This document shows positions 1-12,100 of a stretch of 64,000 nt of DNA, piece by piece. Every line of letters starts with the position of its first letter. Position 1 is the first letter of the stretch. The translations under genes and the position numbers were made by a program. The DNA lies in the NCBI GenBank assembly GCA_036785375.1, contig JAWMAR010000801.1:434001-498000 (forward strand), given 5' to 3'. A model generated the notes under the pieces. That model was not told the DNA's origin and made no database searches. It saw only the letters and a program-made list of their open reading frames with translations. Origin of the DNA: Leucoraja ocellata (lineage: Eukaryota).

Positions 1-107
1 GAGTTTGTATTCTATCCTGACCTCGGGTGCTGTCTAGGCTGGGATTGCACGTTCTCCCTTTCACTGCCTGTGATCCCCCCAAGTTTTTAACAGAGGATGA
101 TACTGAC

Positions 108-146
108 CTGATGTAGTGGTGGTCCCAGATGTTGATGGAGTTATTT
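108..146 (-). CDS. Exon type D, 39 nt (EITPSTSGTTTTS)
   Basis: Acceptor ttttattt(c/t)actag|AAATAACT, donor CATCAG|gtcagt. Other intact copies start at + coordinates 10177, 20141, 25994, 38917, 44064, 51954, 57195. The copy at 63127 has lost its donor. Confidence 0.8.
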
Positions 147-3100
147 CTAGTAAAATAAAAAAATGTTATGTTCCACCGAGACAAACAAGAGGAATTGTTA
201 TGCAGTTTAGAATCCTTCAACAAGAATTTATCAACTGCTACCTTTTAATAAAACATGTTACACTTGATATTTCCTTCATCGTAGAAAAACGTAGGAGGAC
301 ATAGTATGCTGCTAAATTTATTTATCTGTCAATTAGCATATTAATATTTCCCTGCCATCTCGAACAATCACGACACATCGATTGTGGATATCCCTGCGTA
401 TCGAAACACGTCTTCCATACACTGTATGGTCTTCTTTACGCCATTATTACTAGCAGTATAGTTTCACGATTCATGCCCATAATGTGAGCGAAGATCAAAG
501 AATGGAGCCACAGTGCTGATGTTAGAAATGTTGCCCCATTGTCTAAAGATTAGCCAATGTTTACTAAAAGTGGTTTGACTCACCTGTTGTGGAACTGGTG
601 GTGGACTCAGTTGAGCCAGTTGTCAAAGATGTTGTTGGTGTTGTTCCTGGAGAGCAAATAGAAAAGAAATTACAGATTGAATTGCAAGAGTCAGCAATCA
701 ATTTCAGTAGGAGTCTGCACATTTTCCTGAGACTGGGATGAATGTTATCAATGTTCATTGCTCATGCCTAAGCAAAGGACATTTAGAAATGAACCAAATT
801 TTGCTTCATCATTTATCAAATGGAACGAAATCATGAAAAGACATTGTGATTTCTTGAAGAAAGTTCTGAACTCCTTCGTTGATCCATTTTGGAAAATCAT
901 GGAGCAGAAACAAAATTGTTTAATAACGTTTTCATGACCAAAAACTCCCAGAATAGTGGAAGAGGGGAAGGGAAGAAACTTTTCTACCAAAGTGAAAATC
1001 CTTGTCAATCAGCAGCTGAATATTTCAGGGCCATCACAAACAATTTCAATTTCTTAATGTACCAACTTCAGATTTTGTGGAAGCTCAGCAAGTATTCTAA
1101 GAACTACTGATCAGAAATTTAGAACATAAGGAGCGGTAAAGTGCCACAGCTGGGGCAACTCCTACCTCACAGCACCAGAGACTTCAGATTGATTTGTTCC
1201 GTGGGTGTTGTGTCCATGGAGATTACATGTACTTGCTGTTATGTGTGCCTTTCCTACAAGTGTCTGAAATATATTGTCACTAACCTGATGTAGTACTGGT
1301 AGTGGTCTCAGTTGTTGATGTAGTTGTTGGTGTTTCTAGTGAAAGAAAAGAATGCAATATTCAACCAAGACAGCAAGGTGGAATTGGTATACAGCTAACT
1401 ATTGATAGTCAGGAAACAATCAGCAGGAATTCATATGCTGGCACACTTAATTAAAATGTTTATCAGATGGCATTTTGATTCTTCATTGAATAAAATGGCA
1501 GGGCAAAATATACTTTTGATCAATCAGCGGCTGAATATTTCTGTGCCATCACAAATAATCCCGTTCTCTCTATACACCAGTTGCAGATTTCCTGGAAGAT
1601 CAACCGTTTTCCAATGACCGCAATGTCTACTTAATACCATAATTTTGAATAGTATGCAATGCGTGTACTATTGGTAAGCATGTCTGTTTATATGTCCCAT
1701 TGATACATGATCCTCAACTTGCGTAAAATGTGTTCATTCGAATCATAGTTTTGTTTTTTTGCTACGGAATGTCCGAAGAAATTGAGAAGCAGAAAACACC
1801 AACTTATATCCTCCACAAATCCGAACTATTTTGAAATTGTGCAATAATGTGGTCAAATTGTTATGAGCCAAACATTGACATCTTAACATGTATATTTGCA
1901 CAATTTATGCCAATAATGTAAGCAAATATGCAAGAAGTAAGTCACAAAGCTGATGTTAGCAATGTTGGCTCATTGTCTTTGATTTGCCAATGTTTATTGA
2001 AAGTGGGTTACACAAAAAAGCTGGAGAAACTCAGCGGGTGCAGCAGCATCTATGGAGTGAAGGAGATAGGCAACGTTTCGGGCCGAAACCCTATTAAAGA
2101 AAGTGGTTTGACTCACCTGTTGTGGAACTGGAGGTGGACTCAGTTGTACCAGTTGTCAAAGATGTTGTTGGTGTTGTTCCTGGAGAGCAAATAGAAAAGC
2201 ATTTACAAATTAAATTGCAAGAGTCACCAATCAATTTCAGTACGACACTAGACATTTTGCTGAGACCGGGCTGAATTTTAACAATGTTCATTGCTCATGC
2301 CTAAGCAAAGGACATTTAGAAATGAACCAAATTTTGCTTCATCATTTATCAAATGGAACGAAATCATGAAAAGACATTGTGATTTCTTGGAGAAAGCTCT
2401 GATCTCCTTCGTTGATCCATTTTGGAAAATCATGGAGCAGAAACAAAATTGTTTAATAACGTTTTCATGACCAAAAACTCCCAGAATAGTGGAAGAGGGG
2501 AAGGGAAGAAACTTTTCTACCAAAGTGAAAATCCTTGTCAATCAGCAGCTGAATATTTCAGGGCCATCACAAACAATTTCAATTTCTTAATGTACCAACT
2601 TCAGATTTTGTGGAAGCTCAGCAGGTATTCTAAGAACTACTGATCAGAAATTTAGAACATAAGGAGCGGTAAAGTGCCACAGCTGGTGCAACTCCTACCT
2701 CACAGCACCAGAGACTTCAGATTGATTTGTTCCGTGGGTATTGTGTGCATGGAGATTACATGTACTCCCTGTTATGTGTGCCTTTCCTACAAGTGTCTGA
2801 AATATATTGTCACTAACCTGATGTAGTACTGGTAGTGTTCTCAGTTGTTGATGTAGTTGTTGGTGTTACTACTGAAAGAAAATAATGCAATATTCAACCA
2901 AGACAGACAAGAGGTATTGATATACAGCTAACTGCTGGTAGTCAGGAAACCATCAGCAGGAATTCATATGCTAGCACCTTTATTAATATGTTTAACAGAG
3001 AGCATTTTTTTCCTTCGTAGAAAAATTGGCCGGGCATAATATACTTTTGATCAATCAGCTGCTGAATATTTCTGTGCCATAACAAATAAACCTGTTCTCT

Positions 3101-6100
3101 CTACACACCATTTGCGGATTTCCTGGTAGATCCACCGTCTACCAAAGACCGCAAGGTCTACTTAATAACATAATTTCTAATAGTATGGAATGTGTGCACT
3201 ATGGGTAAGCATGTCTGTTCATATGTCCCATTGATACATGATCCTCAACTTGCGTAAAATGTGTTCATTATAATCATGGTTTTGATTTTTGCTACGGAAT
3301 GCCCAAAGAAAATGAGAAGCAGAAAACACCAACTCATTTCCTTCACAAATCCGGACTATATTGAAATTGTGTCATAATTTGGTCAAATTGTTATGAGCAA
3401 ACATTGACATCTTAACATGTATATTTGCACAATTTATGCCAATAATGTAAGCAAATATGCAAGAACTAAGTCACAAAGCTGATGTTAGCAATGTTGGCTC
3501 ATTGTCTTTGATTTGCCAATGTTTATTGAAAGTGGTTTGACTCACCTGTTGTGGAACTGGAGGTGGATTCAGTTGTACCAGTTGTCAAAGATGTTGTTGG
3601 TGTTGTTCCTGGAGAGTAAATAGAAAAACATTTACAAATTGAATTGCAAAAGTCACCAAATCAATTTCAATACGACACTGCCCATTTTCCTGAGATTGGG
3701 CTGAATTTTAACAATGTTCATTGCTTGTGCCAAAGACAAAGACATTTAGAAGCAAATTTTGCTTCGTCATTTATCAATTGGACCGAAATTATGAAAAGAC
3801 ATTGTGATTTTTCAAGGAAAGTTCTAAACTCCTTCGTTGATCAATTTTGGAAAAATCAATGAGCAGAAACAAAACTGTTTCACAGCGTTGCCATGACCTA
3901 AGCCTCCCGGAATAGTGGAAGAGGTGAAGGGAAGAGACCTATTCTATAAAAGTAAAAATTCTTATCCATGTCCACTGAAAGGTGCCAGTCTCAATGCTCT
4001 TTTTTAAAATTATTGCAGGCAATCAGCACCAAAAGGCCTCCTTAATTCAGTAGTTGAATCTACATTTTTGTGGTGAGAATCTACATTTTTGGAATAAAGC
4101 AATGATCAAATGTTCCTGAAGAGGGTGCTATATAGAGCTTCACAAAACAAAGCACAGAGTCCTAAAGGAAAAGCTAACAAGATTGATAGACGATGTTACT
4201 AACCTGATGTAGTGCTGGTGGTGATCTCAGTTGTAGGTGTCGTTTCTAGTGAAAGAAAAGAATGCTGTATTCAAGTGGACAGACAAGAGGAATTTGTACA
4301 CAGTTCTTGAGCCATCAACAGGAATTAATGAGCTGGCACATTTTATGAAAACGTTTTACAAGTTGTCATTTTCTTCATCAGTATATAAAGCATGCGGCCA
4401 TACTATACGGCTGCATTACTATTTCCTTGTCAATCAGCAGCTGAATATTTCAGGGCCATCACAAATAATCCTGTTCTCTCTATACACCAGTTACAGATTT
4501 CCTGGAAGATCAACCGTTTTCCAATGACCGCAAGGTCTACTTAATACCATTATTTCTAATACCGTTATTCGTTGATCCATTTTTGAAAAATCTTTGAGCT
4601 GAAACAAAACAGTTTAACAGCGTTGCAATGACCAAAAACTCCCGGAATAGTGGAAGAGGCGAAGGGAAGAGACCTTATCTATAAAAGTGAAACTCCTTAT
4701 CTATGTCTACTGAAAGGTGCCAGACTCAATGCTCTTTTTAAAATTTTTGTAGGCAATCAGCACTAAAAGGCCTCCTTAATTCGGTAGTTTAATCTATATT
4801 TTCGTGGTGAGAATCTACATTTTTGGAATAAAACAATGAACAAATATTCCTGAAGAGGGTGCTATATAGAGCTTCACTAAACAAAGCACAGAGTCCTAAA
4901 GGAAAAGCTAACAAGATTGATAGAAGTTACTAACCTGATGTAGTGCTGGTTGTGGTCTCGGTTGTTGGTGTCGTTTCTAGTGAAAGAAAATAATGTTGTA
5001 TTCAAGTGGGGCAGCCAAGAGTAAATTGTACGTAGTTATACAGCCATCAACAGGTATTCATGGGCTGGCACATTTTATTAAAACCTTTTATCAGTTGTCA
5101 TTTTCTTCATCATTGAATAAAACGGTTTAGAATCCTTCAACAAGAATTTAACAACTGGCACCTTTTAATAAAACATGTTACACTTGATATTTCCTTCATC
5201 GTAGAAAAACGTAGAAGGACATAATATGCTGCTAAATTTATTTATCTCTGTCAATTAGCATATTAATATTTCCCTGCCATCTCGAACAATCACGACACAT
5301 CGATTGCGGATATCCCTGCGTATCGAAACACGTCTTCCATACAGTGTATGGTCTTCTTTAGGCCATTATTACTAGCAGTATAGTTTCACGATTCATGCCC
5401 ATAATGTGAGCGAAGATCAAAGAATGGAGCCACAGTGCTGATGTTAGAAATGTTGCCCCATTGTCTAAAGATTAGCCAATGTTTACTAAAAGTGGTTTGA
5501 CTCACCTGTTGTGGAACTGGTGGTGGACTCAGTTGAGCCAGTTGTCAAAGATGTTGTTGGTGTTGTTCCTGGAGAGCAAAGAGAAAAAAAAATTACAGAT
5601 TGAATTGCAAGAGTCAGCAATCAATTTCAGTAGGACTCTGCACATTTCCCTGAGACTGGGATGAATGTTATCAATGTTCATTGCTCATGCCTAAGCAAAG
5701 GACATTTAGAAATGAACCAAATTTTGCTTCATCATTTATCAAATGGAACGAAATCATGAAAAGACATTGTGATTTCTTGGAGAAAGTTCTGAACTCCTTC
5801 GTTGATCCATTTTGGAAAACATGGAGCAGAAACAAAATTGTTTAATAACGTTTTCATGACCAAAAACTCCCAGAATAGTGGAAGAGGGGAAGGGAAGAAA
5901 CTTTTCTACCAAAGTGAAAATCCTTGTCAATCAGCAGCTGAATATTTCAGGGCCATCACAAACAATTTCAATTTCTTAATGTACCAACTTCAGATTTTGT
6001 GGAAGCTCAGCAAGTATTCTAAGAACTACTGATCAGAAATTTAGAACATAAGGAGCGGTAAAGTGCCACAGCTGGGGCAACTCCTACCTCACAGCACCAG

Positions 6101-9100
6101 AGACTTCAGATTGATTTGTTCCGTGGGTGTTGTGTCCATGGAGATTACATGTACTCGCTGTTATGTGTGCCTTTCCTACAAGTGTCTGAAATATATTGTC
6201 ACTAACCTGATGTAGTACTGGTAGTGGTCTCAGTTGTTGATGTAGTTGTTGGTGTTTCTAGTGAAAGAAAAGAATGCAATATTCAACCAAGACAGCAAGG
6301 TGGAATTGGTATACAGCTAACTATTGATAGTCAGGAAACAATCAGCAGGAATTCATATGCTGGCACACTTAATTAAAATGTTTATCAGATGGCATTTTGA
6401 TTCTTCATTGAATAAAATGGCAGGGCAAAATATACTTTTGATCAATCAGCGGCTGAATATTTCTGTGCCATCACAAATAATCCCGTTCTCTCTATACACC
6501 AGTTGCAGATTTCCTGGACGATCAACCGTTTTCCAATGACCGCAATGTCTACTTAATACCATAATTTTGAATAGTATGCAATGCGTGTACTATTGGTAAG
6601 CATGTCTGTTTATATGTCCCATTGATACATGATCCTCAACTTGCGTAAAATGTGTTCATTCGAATCATAGTTTTGTTTTTTTGCTACGGAATGTCCGAAG
6701 AAATTGAGAAGCAGAAAACACCAACTTATATCCTCCACAAATCCGAACTATTTTGAAATTGTGCAATAATGTGGTCAAATTGTTATGAGCCAAACATTGA
6801 CATCTTAACATGTATATTTTCACAATTTATTCCAATAATGTAAGCAAATATGCAAGAAGTAAGTCACAAAGCTGATGTTAGCAATGTTGGCTCATTGTCT
6901 TTGATTTGCCAATGTTTATTGAAAGTGGTTTGACTCACCTGTTGTGGAACTGGAGGTGGACTCAGTTGTACCAGTTGTCAAAGATGTTGTTGGTGTTGTT
7001 CCTGGAGAGCAAATAGAAAAGCATTTACAAATTAAATTGCAAGAGTCACCAATCAATTTCAGTACGACACTAGACATTTTGCTGAGACTGGGCTGAATTT
7101 TAACAATGTTCATTGCTCATGCCTAAGCAAAGGACATTTAGAAATGAACCAAATTTTGCTTCATCATTTATCAAATGGAACGAAATCATGAAAAGACATT
7201 GTGATTTCTTGGAGAAAGCTCTGAACTCCTTCGTTGATCCATTTTGGAAAATCATGGAGCAGAAACAAAATTGTTTAATAACGTTTTCATGACCAAAAAC
7301 TCCCAGAATAGTGGAAGAGGGGAAGGGAAGAAACTTTTCTACCAAAGTGAAAATCCTTGTCAATCAGCAGCTGAATATTTCATGGCCATCACAAACAATT
7401 TCAATTTCTTAATGTACCAACTTCAGATTTTGTGGAAGCTCAGCAGGTATTCTAAGAACTACTGATCAGAAATTTAGAACATAAGGAGCGGTAAAGTGCC
7501 ACAGCTGGTGCAACTCCTACCTCACAGCACCAGAGACTTCAGATTGATTTGTTCCGTGGGTATTGTGTGCATGGAGATTACATGTACTCCCTGTTATGTG
7601 TGCCTTTCCTACAAGTGTCTGAAATATATTGTCACTAACCTGATGTAGTACTGGTAGTGTTCTCAGTTGTTGATGTAGTTGTTGGTGTTACTACTGAAAG
7701 AAAATAATGCAATATTCAACCAAGACAGACAAGAGGTATTGATATACAGCTAACTGCTGGTAGTCAGGAAACCATCAGCAGGAATTCATATGCTAGCACC
7801 TTTCTTAAAATGTTTAACAGAGAGCATTTTTTTCCTTCGTAGAAAAATTGGCCGGGCAAAATATACTTTTGATCAATCAGCTGCTGAATATTTCTGTGCC
7901 ATAACAAATAAACCTGTTCTCTCTACACACCATTTGCGGATTTCCTGGTAGATCCACCGTCTACCAAAGACCGCAAGGTCTACTTAATAACATAATTTCT
8001 AATAGTATGGAATGTGTGCACTATGGGTAAGCATGTCTGTTCATATGTCCCATTGATACATGATCCTCAACTTGCGTAAAATGTGTTCATTATAATCATG
8101 GTTTTGATTTTTGCTACGGAATGCCCAAAGAAAATGAGAAGCAGAAAACACCAACTCATTTCCTTCACAAATCCGGACTATATTGAAACTGTGTCATAAT
8201 TTGGTCAAATTGTTATGAGCAAACATTGACATCTTAACATGTATATTTGCACAATTTATGCCAATAATGTAAGCAAATATGCAAGAACTAAGTCACAAAG
8301 CTGATGTTAGCAATGTTGGCTCATTGTCTTTGATTTGCCAATGTTTATTGAAAGTGGTTTGACTCACCTGTTGTGGAACTGGAGGTGGACTCAGTTGTAC
8401 CAGTTGTCAAAGATGTTGTTGGTGTTGTTCCTGGAGAGTAAATAGAAAAACATTTACAAATTGAATTGCAAAAGTCACCAATCAATTTCAATACGACACT
8501 GCACATTTTCCTGAGATTGGGCTGAATTTTAACAATGTTCATTGCTTGTGCCAAAGACAAAGACATTTAGAAGCAAATTTTGCTTCGTCATTTATCAATT
8601 GGACCGAAATTATGAAAAGACATTGTGATTTTTCAAGGAAAGTTCTAAACTCCTTCGTTGATCAATTTTGGAAAAATCAATGAGCAGAAACAAAACTGTT
8701 TCACAGCGTTGCCATGACCTAAGCCTCCCGGAATAGTGGAAGAGGTGAAGGGAAGAGACCTATTCTATAAAAGTAAAAATTCTTATCCATGTCCACTGAA
8801 AGGTGCCAGTCTCAATGCTCTTTTTTAAATTATTGCAGGCAATCAGCACCAAAAGGCCTCCTTAATTCAGTAGTTGAATCTACATTTTTGTGGTGAGAAT
8901 CTACATTTTTGGAATAAAGCAATGATCAAATGTTCCTGAAGAGGGTGCTATATAGAGCTTCACAAAACAAAGCACAGAGTCCTAAAGGAAAAGCTAACAA
9001 GATTGATAGACGATGTTACTAACCTGATGTAGTGCTGGTGGTGATCTCAGTTGTTGGTGTCGTTTCTAGTGAAAGAAAAGAATGCTGTATTCAAGTGGAC

Positions 9101-12100
9101 AGACAAGAGGAATTTGTACACAGTTCTTGAGCCATCAACAGGAATTCATGAGCTGGCACATTTTATGAAAACGTTTTACAAGTTGTCATTTTCTTCATCA
9201 GTGTATAAAGCATGCGGCCATACTATACGGCTGCATTACTATTTCCTTGTCAATCAGCAGCTGAATATTTCAGGGCCATCACAAATAATCCTGTTCTCTC
9301 TATACACCAGTTACAGATTTCCTGGAAGATCAACCGTTTTCCAATGACCGCAAGGTCTACTTAATACCATTATTTCTAATACCGTTGTTCGTTGATCCAT
9401 TTTTGAAAAATCTTTGAGCTGAAACAAAACAGTTTAACAGCGTTGCAATGACCAAAAACTCCCGGAATAGTGGAAGAGGCGAAGGGAAGAGACCTTATCT
9501 ATAAAAGTGAAACTCCTTATCTATGTCTACTGAAAGGTGCCAGACTCAATGCTCTTTTTAAAATTTTTGTAGGCAATCAGCACTAAAAGGCCTCCTTAAT
9601 TCGGTAGTTTAATCTATATTTTCGTGGTGAGAATCTACATTTTTGGAATAAAACAATGAACAAATATTCCTGAAGAGGATGCTATATAGAGCTTCACTAA
9701 ACAAAGCACAGAGTCCTAAAGGAAAAGCTAACAAGATTGATAGATGTTACTAACCTGATGTAGTGCTGGTTGTGGTCTCGGTTGTTGGTGTCGTTTCTAG
9801 TGAAAGAAAATAATGTTGTATTCAAGTGGGGCAGCCAAGAGTAAATTGTACGTAGTTATACAGCCATCAACAGGTATTCATGGGCTGGCACATTTTATTA
9901 AAACCTTTTATCAGTTGTCATTTTCTTCATCATTGAATAAAACGTTTGCTACACTATACGTCTGAATTACTTTTTCCTTGTCTTTCAGAAATTGCAGCTG
10001 ATCAGGCGTTTAGAAAGATTGAGTTGGCACAGATGTGCAGCTGGAAGAGCTGCAGCCTCATGGTGTTAGGAGTTTGTATTCTATCCTGACCTCGGGTGCT
10101 GTCTAGGCTGGGATTGCACGTTCTCCCTTTCACTGCCTGTGATCCCCCCAAGTTTTTAACAGAGGATGATACTGACCTGATGTAGTGGTGGTCCCAGATG
10201 TTGATGGAGTTATTTCTAGTGAAATAAAAAAATGTTATGTTCCACCGAGACAAACAAGAGGAATTGTTATGCAGTTTAGAATCCTTCAACAAGAATTTAT
10301 CAACTGCTACCTTTTAATAAAACATGTTACACTTGATATTTCCTTCATCGTAGAAAAACGTAGGAGGACATAGTATGCTGCTAAGTTTATTTATCTGTCA
10401 ATTAGCATATTAATATTTCCCTGCCATCTCGAACAATCACGACACATCGATTGTGGATATCCCTGCGTATCGAAACACGTCTTCCATACACTGTATGGTC
10501 TTCTTTACGCCATTATTACTAGCAGTATAGTTTCACGATTCATGCCCATAATGTGAGCGAAGATCAAAGAATGGAGCCACAGTGCTGATGTTAGAAATGT
10601 TGCCCCATTGTCTAAAGATTAGCCAATGTTTACTAAAAGTGGTTTGACTCACCTGTTGTGGAACTGGTGGTGGACTCAGTTGAGCCAGTTGTCAAAGATG
10701 TTGTTGGTGTTGTTCCTGGCGAGCAAATAGAAAAGAAATTACAGATTGTATTGCAAGAGTCAGCAATCAATTTCAGTAGGAGTCTGCACATTTTCCTGAG
10801 ACTGGGATGAATGTTATCAATGTTCATTGCTCATGCCTAAGCAAAGGACATTTAGAAATGAACCAAATTTTGCTTCATCATTTATCAAATGGAACGAAAT
10901 CATGAAAAGACATTGTGATTTCTTGAAGAAAGTTCTGAACTCCTTCGTTGATCCATTTTGGAAAATCATGGAGCAGAAACAAAATTGTTTAATAACGTTT
11001 TCATGACCAAAAACTCCCAGAATAGTGGAAGAGGGGAAGGGAAGAAACTTTTCTACCAAAGTGAAAATCCTTGTCAATCAGCAGCTGAATATTTCAGGGC
11101 CATCACAAACAATTTCAATTTCTTAATGTACCAACTTCAGATTTTGTGGAAGCTCAGCAAGTATTCTAAGAACCACTGATCAGAAATTTAGAACATAAGG
11201 AGCGGTAAAGTGCCACAGCTGGGGCAACTCCTACCTCACAGCACCAGAGACTTCAGATTGATTTGTTCCGTGGGTGTTGTGTCCATGGAGATTACATGTA
11301 CTCGCTGTTATGTGTGCCTTTCCTACAAGTGTCTGAAATATATTGTCACTAACCTGATGTAGTACTGGTAGTGGTCTCAGTTGTTGATGTAGTTGTTGGT
11401 GTTTCTAGTGAAAGAAAAGAATGCAATATTCAACCAAGACAGCAAGGTGGAATTGGTATACAGCTAACTATTGATAGCCAGGAAACAATCAGCAGGAATT
11501 CATATGCTGGCACACTTAATTAAAATGTTTATCAGATGGCATTTTGATTCTTCATTGAATAAAATGGCAGGGCAAAATATACTTTTGATCAATCAGCGGC
11601 TGAATATTTCTGTGCCATCACAAATAATCCCGTTCTCTCTATACACCAGTTGCAGATTTCCTGGAAGATCAACCGTTTTCCAATGACCGCAATGTCTACT
11701 TAATACCATAATTTTGAATAGTATGCAATGCGTGTACTATTGGTAAGCATGTCTGTTTATATGTCCCATTGATACATGATCCTCAACTTGCGTAAAATGT
11801 GTTCATTCGAATCATAGTTTTGTTTTTTTGCTACGGAATGTCCGAAGAAATTGAGAAGCAGAAAACACCAACTTATATCCTCCACAAATCCGAACTATTT
11901 TGAAATTATGCAATAATGTGGTCAAATTGTTATGAGCCAAACATTGACATCTTAACATGTATATTTGCACAATTCATGCCAATAATGTAAGCAAATATGC
12001 AAGAAGTAAGTCACAAAGCTGATGTTAGCAATGTTGGCTCATTGTCTTTGATTTGCCAATGTTTATTGAAAGTGGTTTGACTCACCTGTTGTGGAACTGG

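Noticed and set aside
1007-1030. Conserved palindromic block cagcagctgaatatttcag as an intronic snoRNA or miRNA
   Set aside because: The stem is only ~5 bp, I saw no properly spaced C/D or H/ACA boxes or long hairpin, and its recurrence is explained by module homology. An Infernal/Rfam scan would be needed to exclude it fully.
4125-4140. TATA-like gctatatagagc repeated in C introns as a promoter
   Set aside because: It is a short AT motif in AT-rich intron copies with no independent promoter evidence.
4197-4203. TACTAAC/CACTAAC branch-point consensus on the + strand before B and C modules
   Set aside because: It is the reverse complement of the minus-strand donor G|GTTAGT, and no consistent + strand exon follows it.
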